Source of the DNA: a virus
DNA length: 64,000 bases
Strand: one strand, 5' to 3'
Virus record (IMG/VR): IMGVR_UViG_3300009008_003296
Location: 13,182-77,181 of that record
Position numbers and translations under genes: made by a program. The notes under the pieces are model-generated. The model was not told the origin of the DNA, did not search any database, and saw only the letters and a program-made list of their open reading frames with translations. Of the stretch, positions 39,264-49,435 are shown piece after piece (position 1 is the first letter of the stretch; every line of letters starts with the position of its first letter).

Positions 39264-40429
39264 TGAAGTGGCCGTTAAATATTTCTCATTTTACTTTTTT
39301 AGATAGATTAAAAATTTGTTTGTTCTTTTTGAATCCTAAAAAAGTTTGGACGATGGGGGCAGAAGTAGAGTCTTTGGAAAAAGTGATGGCCGAATACACT
39401 GGGGCTCGCTATGCGGTATTTACTTCTAGTGGTTCGACGGCGAATAGCCTAATAGCGATGAGCCTAAAAGACCTTAAAAAGGCTGAACTTTGGTCTCATG
39501 ATAAATGTGAAATTGTTTTTCCTTCTACTACGTGGGCCACGTCTGTCACCCCTTTTATAAGAGAAGGTTTCATTCCTAAATTTATAGACGTGTGTCCCCA
39601 TGACCTCTCTCTTGATTTGCACCTACTAGAGCAGTATCTCTCAGAACACTCAAGAAAGGTAAGGTGTGTTTTCTTGACGTCGCTTTTAGGGTTTACCCCA
39701 AATATAGATGCAATAAAAGCAATATCCCAAAAGTACAAAGTGGAAGTGATGCTTGACAATTGTGAAAGCCATTTAGGTAGGTTTCAAAACGAAAACATAA
39801 ATTCCTTTTTTACCTCTACTACCAGTACATATTTCGGGCATTTGGTTCAAAGCATTGAAGGAGGGTTTGTTTTCACCAACAGCAAAAAAGAGTACGAATA
39901 TTTTGTTATGGCACGCAACCACGGTATGACGCGATCCTTGAAGAGCCCTGAGCCCTATTTAAATCCTTTGGTTGATCCGCGGTTTGATTTTTACACCAAA
40001 GGAAGCAACTTTAAAAATTCGAACGTTAATGCGCTGATCTGTAACTTGAATTTTCAGAGAGTAGATAAGTACATTAAAGCGCGAGTACATAAATATCAAC
40101 TCTTTAAAGAAGGTATGGCTAAGATACTTGACTTCCCAGAAGAGTCCTCTTCTAAGATGCACGTTCCTTTTTCTTTACCAATAATACCAAAAAAAGAATA
40201 CCTTGATAAGGTACCTCTTTTCAAGCAATACTGCGAATCCCATTCCATCGAAATGCGCCCCCTCGTTTCAGGCAACCTTCTGACACAAACAGCATTTAAA
40301 GAATATGGTAATGGGGCAGACTTTAAGTATAGCACCTTCCTACATGACCATTGTTTTTACATAGGGTTGCATCCAAGCTTAAAAGATAGCAGCATTAGAA
40401 AGCTATGCAAAGAATTTAATAAAATTTAA
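39263..40429 (+). CDS. DegT/DnrJ-family PLP enzyme, ColD-like GDP-4-keto-6-deoxymannose 3-dehydratase
   Basis: SSGSTAN, DNCESH, STYFGH....EGG (His at the usual Lys position), RNHG, RPLVSGN. Confidence 0.8.
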   Translation: MKWPLNISHFTFLDRLKICLFFLNPKKVWTMGAEVESLEKVMAEYTGARYAVFTSSGSTANSLIAMSLKDLKKAELWSHDKCEIVFPSTTWATSVTPFIREGFIPKFIDVCPHDLSLDLHLLEQYLSEHSRKVRCVFLTSLLGFTPNIDAIKAISQKYKVEVMLDNCESHLGRFQNENINSFFTSTTSTYFGHLVQSIEGGFVFTNSKKEYEYFVMARNHGMTRSLKSPEPYLNPLVDPRFDFYTKGSNFKNSNVNALICNLNFQRVDKYIKARVHKYQLFKEGMAKILDFPEESSSKMHVPFSLPIIPKKEYLDKVPLFKQYCESHSIEMRPLVSGNLLTQTAFKEYGNGADFKYSTFLHDHCFYIGLHPSLKDSSIRKLCKEFNKI

Positions 40430-40432
40430 TTT

Positions 40433-40993
40433 ATGAACGAAATTAACGGTGAATTTGGCCCAAATAATCCAAGATCTTTAAATATTTTTATTCCACAGAT
40501 TTCAGATCAAACGGTGGTAGATGATTGTATTTTGCCATTGCTTCAAGAGGCTATTGCTGAGGGTGAGTTCCTTTACCCTTATTATATAGCGCCAAACCAG
40601 ACTGAGAAAGCGTCTTTGGTCTTTGGTTATCTTTTTTCCGCGTGTGTTCGAGAAAAAACTTTTGCTTTGGCTTTAGATGGGAATAATCCCGTGGGGTTTG
40701 AGGCTTATTTGCGTAGTCCATTTTGTGATTATTTTAAAACTCCTAATATCTATGATGGTTTGCTCACCTTTGTTTCAAAATCGTATCGAAGAAAAGGGGT
40801 ATCCACTAAGTTACGTAAATTTTTATTGAACACAGGAGGGTTTAAGAGAGGCGACATATTTCGCTTTAGCGTTAAAAGAGACAATGCGGCAGGGTACTTA
40901 TCAGTAGAGAAACTTGCAAAAGAGCTTAACATTAATATGGTAGAAACCGGTGCTAACTATGAAGGCCAAGTCACTCACCAGCTTGATATTTAA
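40433..40993 (+). CDS. GNAT-family acetyltransferase
   Basis: FVSKSYRRKGVSTKL acetyl-CoA motif A, N.AG. Confidence 0.7.
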   Translation: MNEINGEFGPNNPRSLNIFIPQISDQTVVDDCILPLLQEAIAEGEFLYPYYIAPNQTEKASLVFGYLFSACVREKTFALALDGNNPVGFEAYLRSPFCDYFKTPNIYDGLLTFVSKSYRRKGVSTKLRKFLLNTGGFKRGDIFRFSVKRDNAAGYLSVEKLAKELNINMVETGANYEGQVTHQLDI

Positions 40994-41582
40994 GGAGTTA
41001 ACAGGGAAAGAGATTTTACCTGTTCAAGAGGCGTTTCTTGATGAAGTAGCCCCTATTGTTGCTGATTTTAAATATGATTTGCTTGAACCTCCTAGCTCTG
41101 CCTCGGTAGCTCTTTCTGTTGCTTGTGACAAAGACCTTTATCAAACCCTATCTAACAGTATGGGTTTATGGGGCGCTAACCATTTTGTTTTTTCCGATGT
41201 TGTTCGTCAATGGCGTACGGGGGATTATCCTGATCTCATAGCGGGGATGGGTCACCCTAAGTTTAAAGGGGGCGACCCTCGTACAGCTGAAATAGAGGGG
41301 TTAGCCGTTAAACACAATATTTCCCTTTCTTCGTTAGGATCTTTTAAACAGTTTGGGGCTCAGAGAGGGCTATATGTTAATTTAGCTGGGTGCTTAGGGA
41401 TGATATTATGGGACATGGGGTTCACGGAGGATAATGTAGATTTTTTTCCTATGGTATGGAGATTTTTGGGACTGACGAAGCTTTATGGTTTTCTTAATGA
41501 TGAAATTAAATTGGGAAGTGGAATAGATTGTATTAAAGAAGCTTACCGCAAGGTTTATCCAGATCGTTATGATACTCACTAA
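40959..41582 (+). CDS. Citrate synthase/citryl-CoA lyase-like small domain protein
   Basis: PPSS, GANH, GMGHPKFKGGDPR, VNLAG. Confidence 0.6.
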   Translation: MKAKSLTSLIFKELTGKEILPVQEAFLDEVAPIVADFKYDLLEPPSSASVALSVACDKDLYQTLSNSMGLWGANHFVFSDVVRQWRTGDYPDLIAGMGHPKFKGGDPRTAEIEGLAVKHNISLSSLGSFKQFGAQRGLYVNLAGCLGMILWDMGFTEDNVDFFPMVWRFLGLTKLYGFLNDEIKLGSGIDCIKEAYRKVYPDRYDTH

Positions 41583-42309
41583 TAGTTCTCAATTTATAGG
41601 ACAACTTGTTTCCGACTTAAAGCCTATTGAGGAAACGATCTCAAACCCTTATTTTTCTTATACTTTAGGCTTTAATATTAAACATAATGAAATTCGTCAA
41701 TGCAAACTTTATATTCGTTTTTTTGATCGTGACGATTCTTTTTTAAAGTTTTTTGAAATTTTCACAGATGCAAACATTAAGGCAATGGCTATTCATGATT
41801 TTCGCCACGCGGAAGACATTGCTTTTAAGAAGAGCGCATTAGGCTTTAAAGGATTTACCATTGGCCTTGTGAGAGATTTTAATACTAATAGAACAGGGTG
41901 TGGATGGGGGGCTCGTGCCACAAGCATTATTAGTGGTCCTTATTTTTATGGCTATAGATTTTTTGATGATTTCCTTTTCAGAAAAATGTACAAATACGTC
42001 ACACCTAATCTACGCTTTTTAAAGCTGCCCTTCATGACGGAGATGGTGGAAATACAAGAGTCCTTTGAGGAAAAAGAGCACAAATATTGCTTGTGCCCCA
42101 CGATAACAAGAGATAATTTAAGTGAAATTAGTCGATCTATAGAGGGAAACTTAAGCCCTTCGTGTAAATTATACCATAACGAAATTATAAAGCTTAACCC
42201 CGCATTGACGCTGGTTAACATGGGGATAGGGCCTAACGAAGAAAAATTGTATTATCATAATTTTAAAAAATCTAACAAAATAAAACATTACTTTTTAAAC
42301 GATGAATAG
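41569..42309 (+). CDS. hypothetical protein
   Basis: 246-aa ORF, aromatic-rich, repeated K(L/M)Y motifs. Confidence 0.55.
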   Translation: MILTNSSQFIGQLVSDLKPIEETISNPYFSYTLGFNIKHNEIRQCKLYIRFFDRDDSFLKFFEIFTDANIKAMAIHDFRHAEDIAFKKSALGFKGFTIGLVRDFNTNRTGCGWGARATSIISGPYFYGYRFFDDFLFRKMYKYVTPNLRFLKLPFMTEMVEIQESFEEKEHKYCLCPTITRDNLSEISRSIEGNLSPSCKLYHNEIIKLNPALTLVNMGIGPNEEKLYYHNFKKSNKIKHYFLNDE

Positions 42310-42730
42310 CTATATTTTAGGTGCAGCGTTGGGGGTCACCCTCTTAATATCCGCGGTGGGGTATTTTTTTTATAAAAAGAACGAAAAGCTGAAAGCTGAA
42401 CTCACCACAATCAACCTTCAAGTAGAAAGCTACGAGAACAGGCTAGGACAATTGACCCAAGCGGTTGATGACGCCCAAAAAACAATGGACACTCTACACG
42501 AACGCAATAACGCTATTGAAAAAGCTGCGGGCGATCGCAAAGAAGAGCTTGACAAAGTTCTCAGAACGCATAATATTGACAGGATCGCCGAGCGCAAGGC
42601 CTCCCTCCTTACTAGGAAGGTTAACAGGGCCAGCGCTAACGTGATGAAAACATTCGAAATGTTAACCGACCCTAAATATGTTTACACCAAACCAATCGAT
42701 TTCGGCGGTAGCGCCATGGAAGAAAATTAG
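42302..42730 (+). CDS. Inner-membrane spanin (Rz-like)
   Basis: N-terminal TM, coiled coil, HNIDRIA.RKASLL..KVNRAS resembling T4-like i-spanins. Confidence 0.65.
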   Translation: MNSYILGAALGVTLLISAVGYFFYKKNEKLKAELTTINLQVESYENRLGQLTQAVDDAQKTMDTLHERNNAIEKAAGDRKEELDKVLRTHNIDRIAERKASLLTRKVNRASANVMKTFEMLTDPKYVYTKPIDFGGSAMEEN

Positions 42731-42935
42731 TATTAAGATATTTTTCACTACCGTTGCCTTAGTTTCAATGTATTTAGTGGGGTGGTCTTCTTACAACTAT
42801 GCCCTTCAGTTTACATCTTACCCAGCAACAAAAGCAATAAAATGAAACGGATTATATGTTATGGGATGAATGGAAGCTTTCAAAAGTATTTACTAAAACC
42901 CTGTCCGAGTTGGAGATCCCAATCGAAGATAAATA

Positions 42936-43331
42936 ATGAAAGATTGTCGTTTTTGTGACCTCAGCCTCCATGCGGTGATGGATACCGACGAGTATGCCGC
43001 CTCTTTTCTTGATGCTTGGCCAGTGGTAGAATTTCATACGCTTTTTATTCCTCGTCGCCATGTCTTGACTTATTTTGATTTGAGCGAAGAGGAATTGCAA
43101 AGTATCCATAAGTTAATAATGACGCAGCGCAAGCGTATTTTAGATCAAGATCCAACCATAGAAGGTTTTAATATTGGGTGGAATTGCGGGAAGGCGGCTG
43201 GTCAAAGTGTTTTCCATGCTCACTGTCATTTAATTGCTCGCAAAGAGGGTGAAAAAATTCAGCGTAAGATATCAGAGCCGCCATCTTTCCTTCATCCGTG
43301 GGTAGATGAGCTTGGAATCTTACAAAAGTGA
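42936..43331 (+). CDS. HIT-family hydrolase
   Basis: CRFC, H.L.IPRRH, GFNIG.N.G.AAGQSVFHAHCH. Confidence 0.92.
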   Translation: MKDCRFCDLSLHAVMDTDEYAASFLDAWPVVEFHTLFIPRRHVLTYFDLSEEELQSIHKLIMTQRKRILDQDPTIEGFNIGWNCGKAAGQSVFHAHCHLIARKEGEKIQRKISEPPSFLHPWVDELGILQK

Positions 43332-43791
43332 ACGAAAAAAGGCCAAATAATAAATATGCGCGAAACAAACAAAAGGCCACCAAGAGGGCGTCGCTCGACC
43401 ATGGAATATGTGAAATATGTGGGGGAGAGTTTAGAGCTTCTCATAATTTTGAAAAGGACTTGGAGTGTGAATTGATATGGGTCAAATATAAAAGAAAAAC
43501 GATTTTAGTTTGCGACCAGTGTAAAAAAGAGTTAGAATCAACATAATAATTATGTATGCAGCATACAAAAACGAACCCCAATTTTCACATGATCCCGCTC
43601 CCGATAACACTCCGGTTAGATCGCATCAAATAAGACTAAGTGACAAGCAAATTGATTCTCTTAAAAGCCTGAAAAGTAGAAATTACGGGGGCCTAACCTT
43701 AGGAGTAGCAAACGAATTTAATATCTTAGTATCAGTTGTTAACCAACTTACAGAAGACGATGAAGTTTTAGATAATTATGATTAAAAATTT

Positions 43792-44490
43792 ATGAAAAAG
43801 TTAAAAATACTACTATTATTACTGACCGTGCTTATTGTTAGCGCCTCAGCAATAGCCGCTCCAACAATGCCGGGAAGCATAAAAATTTCTGGAGTAACAC
43901 ATAATAGCGTAAAAATAGATTGGCGCGAATCTATCTCTATGAGCGGAGAAGGCAAAGTCATATACGAAGTTAAGATGCGTATTCGCAAGGGAGACAAGCC
44001 ATCCGAGTGGGGGTTTCATGGAGGTTGTTGTTTGTCAAGAGATAACAGCGTAATAGTTAGCGGTCTTTTGCCCGAAACGAAATACGAGATTAGAATAGTT
44101 GCGTACGACTCCTCTGGAGAAAACAGTAAAGCCCGAATGAAAGAGAACGCTTTTACTACTTTAGAAAAGCCAACTACATACCAAGTGCTAAAAAGTTTCC
44201 CTGTAGGATTTTCTCTGGTAAGCATTCCATTTAAATTTGTTGATAATACAGTAAAATATATATTTGGAACAGAAGCGTTCTTTAACAAACATCTTACGAT
44301 CTACAAATACAATCGACAAACTGGTTTTGCTATTAACAGTTATGACCTCGATTTTGGCTGGGATGACGAATCAATGGTGCTGGAAGCTGGAGAAGCTATT
44401 TGGATACTGAACGATTCCCCCAGCGGAGAGATAAGACATAGAGCGTTCAGAGGAAATGTTTCAGACAAGTGGCGAGAGATAGATGAATAA
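43792..44490 (+). CDS. Secreted fibronectin type III domain protein
   Basis: Signal peptide, P..P...VT..SV.I.W, GL.PET.YEIRIVAYD..G, C-terminal GFSLVSIP...GEAIWI. Confidence 0.75.
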   Translation: MKKLKILLLLLTVLIVSASAIAAPTMPGSIKISGVTHNSVKIDWRESISMSGEGKVIYEVKMRIRKGDKPSEWGFHGGCCLSRDNSVIVSGLLPETKYEIRIVAYDSSGENSKARMKENAFTTLEKPTTYQVLKSFPVGFSLVSIPFKFVDNTVKYIFGTEAFFNKHLTIYKYNRQTGFAINSYDLDFGWDDESMVLEAGEAIWILNDSPSGEIRHRAFRGNVSDKWREIDE

Positions 44491-45312
44491 GTAATGCCTT
44501 GTAACACTAATATAACCTGCGTTTGCCAATTAGAAGTTTCCGATGCTGACGAATACGAAGCTCTACAAGAAGTAGTTGAAATGATCGAAAAAAAATACGA
44601 GCTGTCCGAAAATGTCACTCTAACAGTGAAAGAAACAGTGACGACATCTTCATCGGGCTGCGGTGTAAACTATAAATAAGAAAATGTCCAATAAACATAA
44701 AATTATATGGTGGCTTATTATTTTAGGGGCTATAATTCTAAATTGCGTACTAGCTGCTAAATATTTAACTTGAAAATATTAAAAAATTTATGGTTAATCT
44801 GGTGTCGTACAGTCGATCATCGCATAGGCAAAACAGATGAAGATGAGCCAGACATTCCTATACTTTCTTTGCGGCAGGCTCAAGTTAGTCTTTTTTTAAG
44901 AACTTTTATAATTTTGGTGAACTTAATTACTTGTTTTTTTATCGTGGCGAATATAATACATAAATGGTAATTATGAAGAAAAAAAAGCCAAATAAATTTA
45001 TCGCACGAGAGAAACCTAAAACGAGTTGTGAATTTGTTCCATTTACGATTGAAAATTTTCCAAATAAAAAATATAATATAACATTTGAAATATGAACGAA
45101 AAAATGCCAAATAAGATGTGTGCGCGAGAGTCAAAAGTGAACGAAAAATCGCCAAATAAGATGCGCGTGCGGGAGGCCGACCACTATTTTAAAATTTTAA
45201 ATAAAATCCAAAAAGAGCGGAGCCAAATAAATTTTGATAGTCTTTATGCTCGCCAAATGATTGCAGCCAAAATCGCTGACTCTTACGACCTTTGAGCAAA
45301 AAAAACAATACA

Positions 45313-45618
45313 ATGAATAAGATTTTTTTATTATTTTTAATTATTTTGACAGGATGCGCTTCTCCCCGAATTGCCCTTGAAAACAAACCTATTCCTTTCG
45401 TTAAGCCTCCATTGCCAGCCGGAATCGACTTGCGCGAAGTGGAGTGGCAAGTATTAAGCGTCAACACAAACGCTTGGTTTGCGCTAGATACTGAAAATTA
45501 TTTAGGTCTTTCAAAAAACATGGTAGACATAGCTGAATACATACAAAAATTGCGGATTGTAACAGAGCAATATCAAACCAATTATAGCAAAATGTTCCCA
45601 AATAAGACAAATGACTAA
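45313..45618 (+). CDS. Outer-membrane spanin lipoprotein (Rz1/PseT.2-like)
   Basis: Lipobox LTGC, Pro-rich linker, V.W.V...FALD.ENY..LS.NM.DI..YI. Confidence 0.65.
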   Translation: MNKIFLLFLIILTGCASPRIALENKPIPFVKPPLPAGIDLREVEWQVLSVNTNAWFALDTENYLGLSKNMVDIAEYIQKLRIVTEQYQTNYSKMFPNKTND

Positions 45619-46072
45619 AATTGCTATTGTAAGTGGAGGGTTCGACCCTGTTCATGTAGGTCATGTTGAGTTAATCAATCAAGCGAGTTCAATCGTAAGT
45701 CACGACGGAGGGGGCGTAATCGTCATTCTTAATACAGATGAATTTTTAACACGCAAAAAAGGGAAGCCCTTTATGCCATTTTTTGAGCGTCAAATAATTT
45801 TAGAAAATTTAAAAAATGTTGACTTGGTAATAAAGCCGACCGATAAAGATGATACTGTCAGAGAAACCCTCAAGTCGCTTGCAAAATTGGCAGAGAATGA
45901 ATACAAGTTATATTTTTGCCAAGGAGGGGATAGAACTTACGACAAGGACAACCCTTCTAATACGCCCGAACACGATGTATGCAAAGAAGTGGGCATTGAA
46001 CCGATTTATGGATTAGGAGACAAAGTTCAAAGTAGCAGTTGGCTCATAAAAAACAGTAGTAAAAAGAATTAA
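45611..46072 (+). CDS. Cytidylyl/adenylyltransferase (HldC/TagD/RibL-like)
   Basis: SGGFDPVHVGH (HIGH-type), LNTD..L.RKKG.PF....ER, GGDR, SSS. Confidence 0.85.
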   Translation: MTKIAIVSGGFDPVHVGHVELINQASSIVSHDGGGVIVILNTDEFLTRKKGKPFMPFFERQIILENLKNVDLVIKPTDKDDTVRETLKSLAKLAENEYKLYFCQGGDRTYDKDNPSNTPEHDVCKEVGIEPIYGLGDKVQSSSWLIKNSSKKN

Positions 46073-46106
46073 ACAAAACTTTTAAAAACTTTTTTTAGTT
46101 TTGGGC

Positions 46107-46134
46107 TTGACTTATTTTGCAGGGGTGCTATACT
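46107..46134 (+). promoter_or_regulatory. sigma70-type promoter of rIIA
   Basis: TTGACT-N16-TATACT with TG extension, 10 nt before ATG. Confidence 0.75.
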
Positions 46135-46144
46135 TGGTTCCGTT

Positions 46145-48547
46145 ATGATTACTAAACAGTCCGATATTAACCTCAAGCAATCGCAAGATTTCAAATCCTA
46201 TACCTTTGGGATTAAGGATACAGGTCTTGCTCATATCTTCAATGTTCTGCGTAACCAGTTATACTCTGATAAGATTCTCGCAGTCATTAGAGAATACTCT
46301 GCAAACGCTATTGATGCTCACGCCGAACTTGGCAAGCAATCAACCCCAATCAAAGTTACCCTTCCTAACAAACTAAACCTCAAGTTAAAGATTCGTGATT
46401 TTGGTCGAGGGTTGACCGAAAACCAGATTGGTGAGATTTACGCAATGTATGGAGAATCTACCAAGCGCGGCACAAACCAGCAAGTTGGTCAGTTGGGCCT
46501 TGGATGCAAGTCAGCATTTGCTTATGGTGATAATTTTGTAATTAACTCCTTTGTAGGTGGGAATGTTACTTCTTACAATGCTTTCATTGACCCATCTCAA
46601 GTTGGTCGAATATCTAAATTGCATAGCAAAAAGACCAAGGAAAAGAACGGTATCGAAATTGAGATACCTGTCAATCAAGATGATGTTGACGCATTTAGAG
46701 AAAAAGCGATTGACCTTTTCCAGAATTTTGAGGTAAAACCCGATATAGAGGGGCAATCTATCCAAGATGCCATTAGTGATGGTGATGTTCTTATCGGTAG
46801 CGATGACGGTTCATGGAAAGTGATTCGTAATTCATCGTCAGTTGCCGTGATGGGTAACATTCCTTATCCTATTGATGGGTATGCGATGGATTTTGATTAC
46901 CGAGAGGAAGCGCATCTACGAACTTTAGTAAATTTGGGGGTGCGCTTGCGTGTCGATATTGGGGATTTGGAGGTTGCGGCTAGTCGTGAAGCACTTCAAT
47001 ACACCAAGGCAACGAAAGAGTCTATACGCAAAAAGTTGCAAGAGATTGTGGATGCCTTACCTACTTTATTGGGCCAAAGATTTAGTGAATGTAAATCAAT
47101 GTGGGAAGCAAAATGTCTCTATCAAGCGAGTTTTGGTTATGGTGGATTTGCTTACCATTTAAGTGATATTATGGATAAAAAGGGGGTCACTTGGGTAGAT
47201 TCTCAAGGCAAATCCCACAAAATTACAGACGCTAGTTTTAAGTTTGCCGAAAACACTACGGGGGGTAGTGGATGCCTAATCTCTGTTTATGCGAAAAATC
47301 GCCACGGCAAGCGACGAGTTAAAAGCGATAAAGATTCTCGCGTTCACGCTTCTGGTGAGAAGATATTATTTGTAGAGGATGATAGAGATACCCATGTCGG
47401 TCGTATGAATCGTATTGCTCCCCTTTTGGAAAATTACGAAGGTCGTGCAGATGACGAGGACATGAAGGACAAACCTATCTACGATAAGATATATCTAATC
47501 CATTATGATTCCCCTGCAATCAAGCGCAATGTTTTAGAGAAGAATAAGTTTGATGCACCTACTGAAAAACTGTCGTCACTTCATCCAGTTAAGTTGACCG
47601 TGGTTTATCCACGCGACACTAGCGTAAAGCACGGTAACATAAATGCTGGAGGGGTTTCCAAGGCCAAGCATACTTCTAATGTTTTTGTTTTTGATACAGA
47701 TTTCAACGGAGGTAACTGGCATCACCCTAAAAGCGATTTCTTTAAAATTCAAGAGGTAGAATTGGATAATATAAAAAATGGTGTCTATGTAATTTTAGAT
47801 AAATTTTATATTAAAAACCCCGAAGGTGCAGAGCAGCATCCGAACACAATCAAGGAAATGACTGCATCCTATAAAGGTTTAACAGGAAAAGACTTGCCCA
47901 CGGTGTATGCCTTTAAAGTGAAACAAGAGGATGTTCCTAAAAAACAAAAAGGATGGACAGACTTACATTCTTGGTATAAAGCCGCAGTTAACAAGTATCT
48001 TGAAGATAACTCACTTACACAAGAGTTTGTTGATTCCGAAGCAGCGAGCAAACATCTAGGAAATAGTGACCATTGTGACTTTCATTTCCTGTTGCGTAAG
48101 ATGGCCAAGTGCAAGGATGCGACAAACCATCGTAATCCCATTAAATCGGAGCCTTCTTTAGTGGAAGAAGCATTAAGCAAAATAGCACTTGACAACTCTC
48201 CCTTAAAGAAGTATCTTAAAGCAGTTGAATCTATGGTTCCAACTCAAGCTCAAGACAAGCAGATGCGAAACATTCGTGAGCAGTTGGGAAAAGACTTCAA
48301 AAATTGGCACAAGGGCGATAAAGTTACTGTTTCGCATGACCTTGACAAGCTATATGCAAAAGTAATTAGAACCTACAAGATGCTCCATTATTACGAGGAC
48401 AATTTCTTGTGCGGTTGGGGCTACCAAGGTCGTGATTTCAAAAAATCTTGGAAAGATTTGACCAACTATGCGAATCTGGTGGATGCTACTTATGTTCGCA
48501 CTAACATTTTTGAAGAAGCAAATAAAATTGAAGCAAAAAAACAATAA
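46145..48547 (+). CDS. rIIA: rIIA-like protein (N-terminal GHKL ATPase)
   Basis: LYSDK..AVIREY..NA.DAH, IRDFG.G, YGESTK, GLGCKSAFAY, SREAL.Y; followed by rIIB. Confidence 0.88.
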   Translation: MITKQSDINLKQSQDFKSYTFGIKDTGLAHIFNVLRNQLYSDKILAVIREYSANAIDAHAELGKQSTPIKVTLPNKLNLKLKIRDFGRGLTENQIGEIYAMYGESTKRGTNQQVGQLGLGCKSAFAYGDNFVINSFVGGNVTSYNAFIDPSQVGRISKLHSKKTKEKNGIEIEIPVNQDDVDAFREKAIDLFQNFEVKPDIEGQSIQDAISDGDVLIGSDDGSWKVIRNSSSVAVMGNIPYPIDGYAMDFDYREEAHLRTLVNLGVRLRVDIGDLEVAASREALQYTKATKESIRKKLQEIVDALPTLLGQRFSECKSMWEAKCLYQASFGYGGFAYHLSDIMDKKGVTWVDSQGKSHKITDASFKFAENTTGGSGCLISVYAKNRHGKRRVKSDKDSRVHASGEKILFVEDDRDTHVGRMNRIAPLLENYEGRADDEDMKDKPIYDKIYLIHYDSPAIKRNVLEKNKFDAPTEKLSSLHPVKLTVVYPRDTSVKHGNINAGGVSKAKHTSNVFVFDTDFNGGNWHHPKSDFFKIQEVELDNIKNGVYVILDKFYIKNPEGAEQHPNTIKEMTASYKGLTGKDLPTVYAFKVKQEDVPKKQKGWTDLHSWYKAAVNKYLEDNSLTQEFVDSEAASKHLGNSDHCDFHFLLRKMAKCKDATNHRNPIKSEPSLVEEALSKIALDNSPLKKYLKAVESMVPTQAQDKQMRNIREQLGKDFKNWHKGDKVTVSHDLDKLYAKVIRTYKMLHYYEDNFLCGWGYQGRDFKKSWKDLTNYANLVDATYVRTNIFEEANKIEAKKQ

Positions 48548-48562
48548 TTGAAAGAACAAAAA

Positions 48563-49387
48563 ATGATACCGTATATCCTAACAGACGATAGCCTAACCGT
48601 GGTGTTGAATGGAGAGTCCTACACCATGAACAAATCGAACCCCGCTTTCCGCAATGCTCTTGAAGCACTTGATAGCGATGATGCCGAGAAACTGGCAGCA
48701 ATGTTCGACACACCCAAAGCAGTTACCGAGTATGTTGATGGCAACATCGAAGTGACAAGTGCGGGAGAGGTAAAGTATAAAGGTAGCGAGGTTCATAACC
48801 ATGTGGTTGGTCGCATCCTGTCCTTTATGAGCGAGGGTTTACCTTACAAGCCTTTGGTGAAGTTCCTTGAGAAGTTGATGGAGAATCCATCACGCCGCTC
48901 AACTGAAGAACTGTATCGGTTTTTAGAGCATCGACAAATGCCCCTGACTCCTGACGGCAATTTTCTTGCCTACAAGGGAATCCGTGAAGATTATACCGAT
49001 TGGTATAGTGGCAAATTCTCCAATAAGGTTGGTGAAACCTTGGAGATGCCGCGCAATGGGGTGTGCGATGATGCCAACCACGGATGTTCTTCGGGTTTCC
49101 ATGCGGGTAGTTTGGAGTATGCCGAGGGTTATGGTAACGGAGGTCATTTAATGGTTGTAGAAATCAACCCCAAGGATGTAGTGAGCGTTCCTCACGATTG
49201 CGACTGCCAGAAGTTACGCACCGCAAAATATAAAGTGGTTGACCACTATAAAACCAAGTTGGCAGATACCTTCTGCGACGATTATTACGAGGATGACTAT
49301 GATGATAATGAGTCTGGTGAGTCCTATGACGATGGTTACGATGCTGGCTACCAAGCCGCAATCGACAAAGTAAAAGCGAATCTCTGA
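48563..49387 (+). CDS. rIIB: rIIB-like protein
   Basis: L.ENPS....EELY.FL, LTPDG.FLAYK, MPR..VCDD....CSSGFHAG, P.DVVSVP.D....K.R..KY. Confidence 0.9.
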   Translation: MIPYILTDDSLTVVLNGESYTMNKSNPAFRNALEALDSDDAEKLAAMFDTPKAVTEYVDGNIEVTSAGEVKYKGSEVHNHVVGRILSFMSEGLPYKPLVKFLEKLMENPSRRSTEELYRFLEHRQMPLTPDGNFLAYKGIREDYTDWYSGKFSNKVGETLEMPRNGVCDDANHGCSSGFHAGSLEYAEGYGNGGHLMVVEINPKDVVSVPHDCDCQKLRTAKYKVVDHYKTKLADTFCDDYYEDDYDDNESGESYDDGYDAGYQAAIDKVKANL

Positions 49388-49412
49388 CAAGGGTTGTCGG
49401 TAGTCATAACAA

Positions 49413-49435
49413 GAGGGGGCGCGATGCGCCCCCTC
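49413..49435 (+). terminator. GC-rich hairpin after rIIB
   Basis: GAGGGGGCGC-GAT-GCGCCCCCTC; weak U tract. Confidence 0.6.
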
